Positions 1 through 8,745 of a DNA stretch of 64,000 nucleotides are shown piece by piece. Under the pieces are notes generated by a model. That model was not told where the DNA came from. It worked only from the letters and a program-made list of their open reading frames with translations, and did no database searches. A program made the translations under genes and the position numbers. Source of the DNA: a virus (Duplodnaviria; Caudoviricetes); IMG/VR virus record IMGVR_UViG_3300005512_000020, positions 5,287 to 69,286 of that record. One strand, given 5' to 3'. Position 1 is the stretch's first letter; the number at the start of each line of letters is the position of its first letter.

Positions 1-6
1 TCATAA

Positions 7-240
7 TTATTTCCTTGAGTAAAGTTCGCCGCAAGCGCAAGGGATCATCAAGCAGACATCTCCTGTCTTGCATGCATCGCATGGGATATCCCAACAATCG
101 GGACAGCACATGCATTTTGGGGGTTCAGGTTTGGTTGGTTTTTCATCGACGATGATTGTGCTTTTAGGAGCATTGTATCCCTGAAGGTCGCCCTTCTTGG
201 GTTGGTTCTTGCGCCTGCGTGCTGGTCGTTTCTGTGCCAT
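7..240 (-). CDS. Small basic protein with Cys-rich C-terminus
   Basis: Likely start MAQKR at 240. 9 Cys in the last ~35 aa. In line with the minus-strand operon. Confidence 0.5.
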   Translation of the reverse strand: MAQKRPARRRKNQPKKGDLQGYNAPKSTIIVDEKPTKPEPPKCMCCPDCWDIPCDACKTGDVCLMIPCACGELYSRK

Positions 241-242
241 AC

Positions 243-410
243 TTATTCCTGCTTGATTAAGGCTTGCGCTCTCATTCGTTCGTGATTGTCCAGGAGATCC
301 CATTTCACGACGACGACACCATTGCTGATGATGTCGAGGATCTGACCTGTTCTTCGGAACCTGTCGGTTGGTAGCCGTGACTGAACTTTATCTCCGATCT
401 TCAGAGACAT
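243..410 (-). CDS. Small hypothetical protein (SH3/KOW-like)
   Basis: MSLKIGDKVQS...GQILDI...VVVKWD pattern. Abuts its neighbours. Confidence 0.5.
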   Translation of the reverse strand: MSLKIGDKVQSRLPTDRFRRTGQILDIISNGVVVVKWDLLDNHERMRAQALIKQE

Positions 411-1060
411 AATCGCTTCCGTGTCCTGTGAACTGTTCCTCTGCTCCATTTTGAGTATCTTGGGGATGGTATGTTTTTGTTGTTGAGATATTCTGCGATT
501 GCCCGATCCGTCTTGTATCCCATTGAGATTGCTTCAACGAAATGAGGGCGCATCTTTTCCGTGTATGCTTTTGCGTTTTCAGAAAGCTTCCTTGCCGCAT
601 GGTGGATGCTGTTCTGGATATTGGTGACATGCTCCCGAGTCTTTCGCCTCTTTGACATGCGCTTGACTTCGTGGTGCGTGTGTTCGCAATCAACTTCTCC
701 CAAGGCGATGGATAGCTGTATCCTGCGAGCGAAAGCAGTTTTGACCTGAAACCTGAACCATCTCCAGTAGAGTTTACCCGTGAGAAGGTCTGATTCTGCG
801 TGACAGGATTTGCAAAGGAGGTGGAGGTTTGATAGGTCATCCGATCCTCCCTTGTGCTTTGGGGTAATGTGAGCTCGATCGAGCACGCCAGTCCTGCCGC
901 AAGTAAAGCACTGAAGGTTCTTGTCGATCTTGGATGCATCATGGTTGTAAAGCTTTGTTAGAATCTGAGACCATCTACGTGCGATTAATGGGCGTGACGG
1001 CTTCTTTGATCGCATAATTGATGTATTAGGAAAAGATACGCATATTATCTGGAAAGTCAA
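401..1060 (-). CDS. HNH endonuclease with C-terminal recombinase-type DNA-binding domain
   Basis: CFTCG...DRAHITPKHKGGSDDLSNLHLLCKSCH (HNH). C-terminal DRAIAEYLNNKNIPSPRYSKWSRGTVHR. Confidence 0.8.
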   Translation of the reverse strand: MTFQIICVSFPNTSIMRSKKPSRPLIARRWSQILTKLYNHDASKIDKNLQCFTCGRTGVLDRAHITPKHKGGSDDLSNLHLLCKSCHAESDLLTGKLYWRWFRFQVKTAFARRIQLSIALGEVDCEHTHHEVKRMSKRRKTREHVTNIQNSIHHAARKLSENAKAYTEKMRPHFVEAISMGYKTDRAIAEYLNNKNIPSPRYSKWSRGTVHRTRKRLCL

Positions 1061-1069
1061 AAAGAATCT

Positions 1070-1429
1070 TCATTTGACGTGACCAGATTCCTTGAGCAGC
1101 CGAATGATGGAGATCCATCCAATGGTATCATGACTGAAAACGATGTCACCCAGGATGCGACCATACTTGCCAGACTGATCCTTGAACTCACGAGAGTCGA
1201 GGAACACTTTAGTTCCAGCTGGAAGGTGACCTTCAACAAACGCCTTGGCAGCAAGACCACGAGCCTTCTCGTCTAAATCTTTGGTCCTGGTTTCAGGTGT
1301 GTCGATACCAGCTAAACGTATATGCTGATCATGCATCCACTGGTTGAAGCCGAGGTCAATATCAACAACGATGGTATCCCCGTCGATAACGCGAACAATG
1401 TTGGCGTGATAGATGTATTGTTTATTCAC
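1070..1429 (-). CDS. Thermonuclease (SNase-like) family protein
   Basis: IVRVIDGDTI...IRLAGIDTPE...GKYGRILG motifs. Confidence 0.88.
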   Translation of the reverse strand: MNKQYIYHANIVRVIDGDTIVVDIDLGFNQWMHDQHIRLAGIDTPETRTKDLDEKARGLAAKAFVEGHLPAGTKVFLDSREFKDQSGKYGRILGDIVFSHDTIGWISIIRLLKESGHVK

Positions 1430-1683
1430 GGTTCCTTCCTTTCTAGTAGTTCTTTAGCCATATCCTGCACAAGGTCAGTGAATGAGGCATCAAACGAAAA
1501 TCCTGCATCCGCACAAGCACGGGCTTCGGCCAATACCTCATCCATGAACTGCTCCAGGTGGACGTAAGGCCCATTACGGAACACCTGAGATTTAACACTA
1601 CCCCAATGCCCACGCTTCGGACCGTCTCCAGACATTACGGGAGCGTTTAGGTCGTCACTAATCCAAACAATATCCAATTTCAT
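1426..1683 (-). CDS. Hypothetical protein
   Basis: 85 aa ORF with 4-nt overlaps to both neighbours. Confidence 0.6.
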   Translation of the reverse strand: MKLDIVWISDDLNAPVMSGDGPKRGHWGSVKSQVFRNGPYVHLEQFMDEVLAEARACADAGFSFDASFTDLVQDMAKELLERKEP

Positions 1684-2036
1684 GGTAGTTTTTTGGACTG
1701 CCTGAGCAGCCGCTTGTATTCGTTATCACACTGTCGGCACTGGTATTTGTGACCGTCCTTTTCTCGGTGGCACCGGTTAAACTCAGTGTATAGTTTGACC
1801 GTGTTGCACCATGTGCAGGTTTTAGAATCCTCCCTATACCACTCGCCAACGTATCCCCGAAGTGACCGGAGAGGTGACGGGGAATAAAAATCATCAATTG
1901 GGACAACCCAGAGGCTTCCGTCTCGGCTCTCAATCTTAGCCTGCATCTTCATGGGCGGGATTCCGAATCGGAAATATATGGCGTCCCCTACGTAAACCCA
2001 CTCGCCGTTATCGTCTTTGTATCGTGGTTTTTTCAT
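1680..2036 (-). CDS. Hypothetical protein with C-terminal Zn-binding motif (endonuclease VII N-terminal type)
   Basis: KTCTWCNTVKLYTEF...DGHKYQCRQC. Coupled starts and stops. Confidence 0.65.
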   Translation of the reverse strand: MKKPRYKDDNGEWVYVGDAIYFRFGIPPMKMQAKIESRDGSLWVVPIDDFYSPSPLRSLRGYVGEWYREDSKTCTWCNTVKLYTEFNRCHREKDGHKYQCRQCDNEYKRLLRQSKKLP

Positions 2037-2371
2037 TCCCCCATCTCCTTTCTGAGTTTGGCCGCATACTCCCTCAGTCGACCGATGTCGTTAATCATTG
2101 CTTCCCCATCCTCCGAAAACTCGTTGGTGTCTATTAGGTCATTTTCCCAGTCCGTGACTTCCCTGACCAACCTAAGCAGCTCTAGCAATTCGTCCTTGCG
2201 TATGGCAGCGTTCCACTTGGTCCCACGTTCATCATCCTGCCAAGGTCCGTCGGCGGCACAGTTTTGGCACTGGACGTAATCGTAATGGGTTACCCCATAG
2301 AGGTCATACCCAGTGCTAATCTCGACATCCTCACTCCCGCAGAACGGGCATGGTTTTAGTTTGGCGTTCAT
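2033..2371 (-). CDS. Lar-family (restriction alleviation-like) Zn-ribbon protein
   Basis: LKPCPFCGS...VQCQNCAADGP...KWN. Confidence 0.72.
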   Translation of the reverse strand: MNAKLKPCPFCGSEDVEISTGYDLYGVTHYDYVQCQNCAADGPWQDDERGTKWNAAIRKDELLELLRLVREVTDWENDLIDTNEFSEDGEAMINDIGRLREYAAKLRKEMGE

Positions 2372-2547
2372 TTATGAGCAGTCCTACTCCTAGTCCCAGC
2401 CCTGGTCCCAGCCCTGGTCCTAGTCCTAGTCCCGGTCCAAGTCCTAGTCCTACTCCTAGTCCTAGTACTACTCATACTCCTAGTCCTAGTCCCAGTCCTA
2501 GTCCCAGTCCAAGTCCCAGTCCTACTCCCTAAAACACTGGTTATCAT
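2368..2547 (-). CDS. 59-aa Thr-Arg/Gly dipeptide-repeat microprotein (absent from the ORF track)
   Basis: ATG at 2547 overlaps the upstream stop and TGA at 2368 overlaps the downstream ATG. Reads MITSVLGSRTGTWTGTRTGTRTRSMSSTRTRSRTRTWTGTRTRTRAGTRAGTRSRTAHK. Confidence 0.7.
   Translation of the reverse strand: MITSVLGSRTGTWTGTRTGTRTRSMSSTRTRSRTRTWTGTRTRTRAGTRAGTRSRTAHK
2381..2529. repeat. Degenerate hexamer tandem repeat (CCTAGT/CCCAGT type)
   Basis: About 25 imperfect 6-nt units visible directly. Confidence 0.92.
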
Positions 2548-2870
2548 TTCTGGTTCAGCTGTGGATGATTTATCTGTGTGGCTGACACGATAGAGTATCG
2601 ACCGATGACCAAATCGTTTACTAGCGGCTCAACCTCCGAAAACTCTTCAGATTTTAGAGCTTTATGAAACGAGCCAGTATCACCAATCAAGGCGGCCTGC
2701 TTGAGTATTAACTCCTTGTCCGTGACCTTAATAAGGGTGCCAGTGTATGCCCAAGTTACCGTCTGGATGTAGTAAGATTTCCCAGCTTCCCACACCGAGC
2801 CTTCGGTTGCAGGTTTCGTTTGTTCCCCACCCAACAGGGTGGCTAATGCTGTTATTTGTTCAGTAGTCAT
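2544..2870 (-). CDS. Conserved phage hypothetical protein (Sm-like small beta domain)
   Basis: WEAGKSYYIQTVTWAYTGTLIKVTDKELILKQAALIGDTG. Family recognised as often preceding low-complexity dipeptide ORFs. Confidence 0.7.
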   Translation of the reverse strand: MTTEQITALATLLGGEQTKPATEGSVWEAGKSYYIQTVTWAYTGTLIKVTDKELILKQAALIGDTGSFHKALKSEEFSEVEPLVNDLVIGRYSIVSATQINHPQLNQK

Positions 2871-3193
2871 AATGTCAATTTTGTTTGTTTTAGTATTTCT
2901 TTAGTAATCGGAGTTACCACCTCCATCTCTGGTTTATGGATGTCCTCGATGCGGTGATAGACGCAACCAGACTCATACGGGAATTGTATATCTGCGCCGC
3001 TTAATTTATGCTGCCGTTGCCCGGTCTTGTGGTCCCGCCATCTCGGTTCGTGAGTGTCTGCAACAATACCCGCCTGCTCCAGATACTCTAGGTTCACATA
3101 CGGACCGGCGGTTGCGAGCGATGGGTCCGTCTCCGGGCCGAACCATCCGTCATTCTCCAACCAAACTACCGGAGGGGGTGTTTCGTTACTCAT
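2867..3193 (-). CDS. Hypothetical protein
   Basis: Likely start MSNETPP at 3193 (ATGA overlap with the upstream stop). Confidence 0.6.
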   Translation of the reverse strand: MSNETPPPVVWLENDGWFGPETDPSLATAGPYVNLEYLEQAGIVADTHEPRWRDHKTGQRQHKLSGADIQFPYESGCVYHRIEDIHKPEMEVVTPITKEILKQTKLTL

Positions 3194-3609
3194 CCTCTTC
3201 CTTTCTCGATTTCCGCCACGACCCGCACCTTGCGGCAGGTGTAGCCCTGTTGTTTTGCTGTCCCCCAACTGTTCCTGTAGTAACCACAGCTGTCGAAAAT
3301 GTTTAACCAATCCCTCACGGCAGCTTCATAGGTTCCCCATACATTACTAACTCTGTTTCCCTCCTTGTACACCGCCCAAGCCTCTTTCCCCTCATCATAC
3401 GCCTCCGCCTTCCTCTGCAACTCCACCAGCTCGGCGGCATCGGGGATGCGGAGCCATTGGCCGCCTAAGTCTTGTGTTCTCCGGGTTCTAAGCCCTATGC
3501 TTGCAAAATAATTAGCCGAACAGCCGAACACATCAGCCCACCTGAATTCATCCCCGTCTTTCTCGCGCCAGTAATGCGTGCCTGGCTTGGTTGGTAAATC
3601 AGTTTTCAT
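3190..3609 (-). CDS. Hypothetical protein
   Basis: 139 aa, coupled. Phage-type LPTKPGTHYWRE...GGQW motif. Confidence 0.62.
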   Translation of the reverse strand: MKTDLPTKPGTHYWREKDGDEFRWADVFGCSANYFASIGLRTRRTQDLGGQWLRIPDAAELVELQRKAEAYDEGKEAWAVYKEGNRVSNVWGTYEAAVRDWLNIFDSCGYYRNSWGTAKQQGYTCRKVRVVAEIEKGRG

Positions 3610-3989
3610 TGTTTCCTTGGGTTATATTTACCGTTCTCTCCGAAGAACTCTTCAGTTTTATGCAAAAACAAAGCAACTGATTGATCGGTTACAGTCCTGC
3701 CGTCTGGTGATATTTCACCTGTAGATATGATGTGGATAGCGTCCCGAAGTAAGGATAGGATGCGGTCCTTTTCTTTATCAATTCGCTTATTCGCAAACGC
3801 TATGGATTCTTCCAGTGATCCAGATGGGAATATAGCATACATGCAATCATCCCATAAACAATGGATGGAGCACATGGATGTCTCCGTCCCGTGAACCTCA
3901 AGAGTCTCCCGACCACAATGTGGGCATGGAGTCTCAATCTTTGTGATCATGATATTTGAGACGGAGATCCGACTGATGCTCGCTCCCAC
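3606..3989 (-). CDS. Hypothetical Zn-ribbon protein
   Basis: CPHCG...IHCLWDDC. Confidence 0.6.
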   Translation of the reverse strand: MGASISRISVSNIMITKIETPCPHCGRETLEVHGTETSMCSIHCLWDDCMYAIFPSGSLEESIAFANKRIDKEKDRILSLLRDAIHIISTGEISPDGRTVTDQSVALFLHKTEEFFGENGKYNPRKQ

Positions 3990-4267
3990 CTTACGATGGT
4001 AATGCTTGGGGTGTTATCGGTTCGGTGAATAACGAACCCCCTTTGCTTTATGGATAGGGAAACCTGATCCATGACCGTTGGTGGGGGAGTGTTTACAGTA
4101 ACGCTCAGCTCCCCTGACATGGATGCTGCTTCTACCATTGCAAGGATGCCGTCAAGCCAAAGGGCCGATAACCCTATGGACCGTTCATGCGCGTTCTTAG
4201 ACGCCTCTTTTGCTGTAAGAGGCTCTTTCTCGATTGTGTCTTTCATTGCGTTTCTTTGCTTCCTCAA
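3947..4267 (-). CDS. Hypothetical protein
   Basis: 106 aa ORF in the operon. Confidence 0.55.
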   Translation of the reverse strand: MRKQRNAMKDTIEKEPLTAKEASKNAHERSIGLSALWLDGILAMVEAASMSGELSVTVNTPPPTVMDQVSLSIKQRGFVIHRTDNTPSITIVRWERASVGSPSQIS

Positions 4268-4430
4268 ATGCGTTGAAGATTGATGGTTTGGTTTCGTTTT
4301 CTGGCGGGATAAGTCTTGTTGTCCACCTGTCCAGAAGTAGGGCTCCGATAAAGATGACGAAGCAGATCACGGACAGAAACCCAAGCATTGCCAGTATCCC
4401 AATGCAGACCGCTATTGCGTCAGTGTTCAT
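4197..4430 (-). CDS. Small membrane protein
   Basis: N-terminal hydrophobic segment IAVCIGILAMLGFLSVICFVIFIGALLL. Confidence 0.55.
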   Translation of the reverse strand: MNTDAIAVCIGILAMLGFLSVICFVIFIGALLLDRWTTRLIPPENETKPSIFNAFEEAKKRNERHNRERASYSKRGV

Positions 4431-4683
4431 TGTTTTCGGTTGATGGATACTGCAATTCCAGTATCAGGTTCAGGTAATGAATGGCTTTCTTAATGTCTTC
4501 TGCGCCATTCTTGTGTTGGTGACGACAAACGTATTTGATGACGTTGCCCTCCATGTAACCAATCTTGTTCTTGGTAATGAACTCCACTGGTTGAATCGGC
4601 ATCTGCTTGTAGTGAGTGCCTCCCTCCTGCGTGTCGAGTGCGTTCTTGCTCACGTGATATTCCTTTCTATTAGCATGCAGCAA
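4420..4683 (-). CDS. DUF3310 (SaV-like) protein
   Basis: QEGGTHYK...IQPVEFI...GNVIKYVCRHQHKNGAEDIKKAIHYL. Confidence 0.82.
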   Translation of the reverse strand: MLHANRKEYHVSKNALDTQEGGTHYKQMPIQPVEFITKNKIGYMEGNVIKYVCRHQHKNGAEDIKKAIHYLNLILELQYPSTENNEH

Positions 4684-4839
4684 GGGCTAGAGAATGGGTG
4701 CCATTCCGCCAGTTGCTGCAAGCTGCCATTGGTTGGGTGAGGGAACCGAAGGAAGACACCACTTTGGTTGCGTGCAACCTCGATCCCGGTTCCTTCCTCG
4801 CGCCACAGACTCAATTGACCACCTGGCATGCGAGTGCGT

Positions 4840-5286
4840 TTAAACAGTCTGTGTGCTGTGATTTCTTCGTTTTGCATTGATTTTCTTATCCCAGTTGTTT
4901 TGCCATTCCTGAATGACACGTTTAAGATCGGGCTTGAAGTAGTGTGGGCCTTTCATGATTTTACCGTCTTCTCGGAAGATGGGCTTTCCGTCTTCACCGA
5001 GCTTGGACATGTTAGAGTCGAACACTTCCTTCATGGCTTCGTCTTTCATGACGTGAAAACCTGTCTGAATCCAAAGTCCATCAAGGATCACTTGCATGTC
5101 GGCAAGCGCATCCAGGACTTCTACAGGATCACCAGTCTCCATGGCTTCACGGAACTCCACGCAGAACTCCTCCTCCATTAAGCTTTCGTAGAGAAGGATC
5201 GCGTCTTCGTTTGTTTTCACGCATGGACACGGGGGAACCCCTTGGCCAAAAGCTTTGTGAAATTCTTTCGTTTGGGTAATGGACAT
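4840..5286 (-). CDS. MazG-like/all-alpha NTP pyrophosphohydrolase
   Basis: EEEFCVEF...EVLDALADM...EVFDSNMSKLGEDGKPIFREDGKIMKG. Confidence 0.85.
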   Translation of the reverse strand: MSITQTKEFHKAFGQGVPPCPCVKTNEDAILLYESLMEEEFCVEFREAMETGDPVEVLDALADMQVILDGLWIQTGFHVMKDEAMKEVFDSNMSKLGEDGKPIFREDGKIMKGPHYFKPDLKRVIQEWQNNWDKKINAKRRNHSTQTV

Positions 5287-5287
5287 A

Positions 5288-5806
5288 TTATTCAGTAATG
5301 CGTGTAATACGGGATAATATGCACCTACCTGCGCGGGGTGTCAAATTTCTTATGCGATATTTTTTATTCTTCGTCCAACGAACCAGAGCGTCCTCAATAT
5401 CCAACTTCATTATCTTGTTGTATAAACCTGGCGTTGTGTCCCCGAACTCAAACTTTCTCTCGCACGGAATAATAAAGTAACGTATCCAGGCGTGGATCTG
5501 CTTTGGATACATATGAAACCAGTTAATGCAAATTTCCAGCTGACTCCAAAGATGGGTGGCAGCTGGAACAAACGGGTGGTATCTCACCCTGTCTTCGACG
5601 TAACCAGTGTGGTTGGTGCGGTGGTATTGCCTGGCGTGTTTATAGATCTTCGGTGAGGCGAGAGGATTGCCTTTCGGCATGGGCCTCCTCAGTTCTCTTT
5701 GGATCTCCTTGGCCTGTTGACTTCGCAGTGCGCCAACTTCGTTCTTAATCCGCTCCGCAACATTCTCATCGTTGAGCGTCTCTTCTTCGTAATACTCTAA
5801 GCTCAT
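5288..5806 (-). CDS. Hypothetical protein
   Basis: 172 aa ORF in the operon. Confidence 0.6.
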   Translation of the reverse strand: MSLEYYEEETLNDENVAERIKNEVGALRSQQAKEIQRELRRPMPKGNPLASPKIYKHARQYHRTNHTGYVEDRVRYHPFVPAATHLWSQLEICINWFHMYPKQIHAWIRYFIIPCERKFEFGDTTPGLYNKIMKLDIEDALVRWTKNKKYRIRNLTPRAGRCILSRITRITE

Positions 5807-6062
5807 CTGATAGCCTGTCCAATGATCGCATCATGAACTCCTGAGCAGCCCAGTTTTCCTGGATGCTCTTGATATACAGCTGTTCCTCGTATCTAAGCAT
5901 GCGAGTCTCTTTGTCTTTGGCGGCAATGATACTCATCATAACCGCGAAAATAATCAGGGTGGCTATGATTGCGGTGAGCAATAAATCAATCCGCACTGGG
6001 ATCGTTACGCACGCGGACGTGTTCTGATTCCTCGAACTTGATTGTCCATCCTTTGTCTCCAT
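5766..6062 (-). CDS. Hypothetical membrane protein
   Basis: TM segment LLLTAIIATLIIFAVMMSIIAA. Start uncertain. Confidence 0.5.
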   Translation of the reverse strand: METKDGQSSSRNQNTSACVTIPVRIDLLLTAIIATLIIFAVMMSIIAAKDKETRMLRYEEQLYIKSIQENWAAQEFMMRSLDRLSDELRVLRRRDAQR

Positions 6063-6258
6063 ATTTGCTTTTCTCCTTTTTGATTGTTGTGGCTTCGCGT
6101 ATCGCTGTCGCTCTGCCTTCATTGTCTTTGTAAGTGATCTTGACTCTTGACAGCACGTTGATGTGTTCAACCTTGATGTCTTTGAGTTTTTCCGTGTCCT
6201 TCTCCAGGTTTGCTTGCTCCACTATTTCTGAGTAAGGTTGTCCGTCTCTGATCTCCAT
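5986..6258 (-). CDS. Hypothetical protein
   Basis: 90 aa ORF, AAAGAA-type RBS upstream. Confidence 0.55.
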   Translation of the reverse strand: MEIRDGQPYSEIVEQANLEKDTEKLKDIKVEHINVLSRVKITYKDNEGRATAIREATTIKKEKSKYGDKGWTIKFEESEHVRVRNDPSAD

Positions 6259-6474
6259 GTGTGTTTCTTTCGGTTAAAGTAACCGGACCCACGGGTGTAT
6301 GAAGTCCGCAGGTCCAGTTGTCGTCGTATCGTATTACTTTGCCGTTGCCACTTAATCTCAGGGTGTATCAAGTCCTTTAAGAAACAACGCTTCCCCTTAA
6401 TCCCAACCAGCCATTGCTGATCAGGGGAGAGTCAAGCCTGAATATCAGGGTGGTTGATTCAGGCATAAAATCTT

Positions 6475-7770
6475 TCACAGCAACCCTTCGCCTCTGACAT
6501 ACCATCCAGCTGTTGCGGGAGCAGGGGATTGCTTAGGAAGCACCCAAACCTTGAAGCCACCAGCAACACCGGACACTGAATCTTCGTTTGAGCCTTGCCT
6601 GACTGACAAAGCGACTGCTAATATGTTGTCCTTCGCCGTGAATCTCCTGCCGTCCGCAGTTAGTCCGTCATGCATAGTCAGCCCGTTAACCATTCTTCCC
6701 TGACCGCCGTGGCACAAAACACCCATAGTCCACCCATACAGGTTTAGACGACTGAAGATCATATTGTTTCCCGACATAAAGATTGCAGCTTGCTTTCGGA
6801 TGCCGGAGTGCGGACCTTCAAGCTGGCAATCCATTATTCTCGGATCAGCAAGATAAGTATTACCGTCAAGAACCTGCGTCGAAGGAAACGGGTAAGACCT
6901 GCCTCTAAGCGGTGGTCCGTGTTTGATGCCAATCGCTGCTCCCTGGTGCTGTTGAATGTTGCAGTCCAGGATAGCAAACCTGTCTTGGTTCTGAGCCAGA
7001 TAGACAGGCATGACGCCGTTCATCGCTACAATAATGACGCGCTCGATCTGTTGCTCAAACGGCTTTACCGTCATGGTTCCGTTCTCGGTTTCCACCACAG
7101 TCTTAGGTTCGACGTAGATCCCAACAGGCGCATTGGTTGCAATACCGTAAGCGATATCATCCACAATCACCTTATCGCCATCGCCGTAAAACCGAAGCAT
7201 GGACCCCCACCGCGTTGGGCAGGTGATCTGGAATCTTCCAGGAAGTCTCGCCGTGTTGTGGAAGAAGTATTCCCCCTCAAGACAGACAATCTGAATCGTT
7301 GGCATGGTGCTTGACCCATACCATCCAAGCTGGTTGGCTGGAGGTGTCCCCAAGATATCCGTCCAATACTTCTCTTTCTCAACCCATACTTTAGCCTGGA
7401 GAGCCTGACCTTTCTTGATGATTGCCTCCCATTCTTCATCCACGTAACCATCGCCGTTTTCATCTTTGAGAATGAACTGGTAAGGATTAGTTGGTGGCTG
7501 AGGTTGAGGTTCGGGGATTGGCCTGTTCTCCAGTGACTCAACTCTTGGCGCGATGTTAGTCAAACCTTCCCTGAGTGCGTCAATGCGGTCAGCATGATCC
7601 TGCAATGTGTCCACAGGGATTCCAGCGACCTGATCCTCGACACGCTTGACACGTTCAGATAGTTCCACCAGTTCTTTGAGTTCATCCAGAAGGCCAGTAA
7701 GTTCTGATCCGTGAGCAAAGCACGGAATCATCATGGCGACCAGCAGGGTTGAGAAAGATTTCCACTTCAT
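6475..7770 (-). CDS. Secreted protein, probable right-handed beta-helix (pectate lyase-like)
   Basis: Signal peptide MKWKSFSTLLVAMMIPCFAHG, then coiled coil, Pro-rich linker, DENGDGYVD loop and beta-helix-type repeats (IERVIIVA, ILDCNIQ, IMDCQLE, FSRLNLYG). Confidence 0.65.
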   Translation of the reverse strand: MKWKSFSTLLVAMMIPCFAHGSELTGLLDELKELVELSERVKRVEDQVAGIPVDTLQDHADRIDALREGLTNIAPRVESLENRPIPEPQPQPPTNPYQFILKDENGDGYVDEEWEAIIKKGQALQAKVWVEKEKYWTDILGTPPANQLGWYGSSTMPTIQIVCLEGEYFFHNTARLPGRFQITCPTRWGSMLRFYGDGDKVIVDDIAYGIATNAPVGIYVEPKTVVETENGTMTVKPFEQQIERVIIVAMNGVMPVYLAQNQDRFAILDCNIQQHQGAAIGIKHGPPLRGRSYPFPSTQVLDGNTYLADPRIMDCQLEGPHSGIRKQAAIFMSGNNMIFSRLNLYGWTMGVLCHGGQGRMVNGLTMHDGLTADGRRFTAKDNILAVALSVRQGSNEDSVSGVAGGFKVWVLPKQSPAPATAGWYVRGEGLL

Positions 7771-7785
7771 GGCGATTTGGGTGTC

Positions 7786-8229
7786 TTACTTGGATTCAGA
7801 GAAGTTTGCGAATGCCCCCTTAATGACAGGGTCATCCTTGATAACGATATGATTTCCCTTCCAGAATGAGGGAGGAAGATCGCCCGACAGAACAAAGGTT
7901 AGCTTGGTTGCGAGATCCAGTGATTCCTGAAACTCTTTCCCAAACTGAACACCCCCGTCCTTGCTGTCAGACTTCAGTAAATCAATGCTGTTACCCCATG
8001 GCCCAGCCGATTGCATGAGTGTCCAACCAATCGGGTTGCCTTCCTTGGAGTAGGCACGCTGGATGTAGATCAGGACATGAGAGTTTCCGACTGTGTCACA
8101 CTGGAACAAATGAAAGCTTTCATTGATCTGTACGTGTGTCTGATGTTTGAGAGCACCATCCGCAACTGCGAAGATGTCCGTGATGATAAGCGCCGTTAGC
8201 GCAACGAGGAACAATGGTAGTTTCTTCAT
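7786..8229 (-). CDS. Hypothetical secreted protein
   Basis: Signal peptide MKKLPLFLVALTALIITDIFA. Confidence 0.65.
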   Translation of the reverse strand: MKKLPLFLVALTALIITDIFAVADGALKHQTHVQINESFHLFQCDTVGNSHVLIYIQRAYSKEGNPIGWTLMQSAGPWGNSIDLLKSDSKDGGVQFGKEFQESLDLATKLTFVLSGDLPPSFWKGNHIVIKDDPVIKGAFANFSESK

Positions 8230-8231
8230 GG

Positions 8232-8546
8232 TTAGTTTGTCTTTATCTGTTCGTAATGTTTCATAAGGGACCGATGAATCATGATGGATGCCTTGAGAAT
8301 CGAGTGTGACACGTGCTGAACCAACTGCGGACTGAGCGAAGAGAGCTTATCAATTGCCGCCTCACTGTCCGGTGAACCTGCCACGGTCCTGCTCAATGCT
8401 GCCGATGCCTGAGAAACGCAAATGTCCGCAATCGCTTTCGCGTCGGTCGCATTCTCCATCCACGGAGCATCGAGAAGCTCTGTAGCCACAATGGATGACA
8501 GATAGATTCTAAATGCTTTCTCACGGTTGATCGTCCCTTTATCCAT
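8232..8546 (-). CDS. Hypothetical protein
   Basis: Likely start MDKGT at 8546. The longer ORF start overlaps an RNA hairpin. Confidence 0.55.
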   Translation of the reverse strand: MDKGTINREKAFRIYLSSIVATELLDAPWMENATDAKAIADICVSQASAALSRTVAGSPDSEAAIDKLSSLSPQLVQHVSHSILKASIMIHRSLMKHYEQIKTN

Positions 8547-8745
8547 TAAACGTAGCAGAACATAATACAGGAAGTATCGAAAGTCAAATAAAAGAATCAA
8601 AGAAAAAACCGCACCAAAGGCACTCGGAAACCTTTGATGCGGTCTTGGCTTACTGGCAGCATGCTTGCAAACTGGCAATCAAGCATGCTGCCCTATTCGC
8701 TCTGCATCAGGGGAAAGTCATAAAAACCTGATACAGCAGCAAAGT

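Noticed and set aside
2381-2529. Repeat as a CRISPR array or iterons
   Set aside because: Degenerate 6-nt units with no unique spacers, explained by dipeptide coding. No CRISPR array was seen anywhere in the window.
2350-2532. Plus-strand Ser-Pro repeat ORF from the ORF track
   Set aside because: It is antisense to a coupled minus-strand operon. The minus-strand 2368-2547 frame has ATGA overlaps at both ends and is the better gene.
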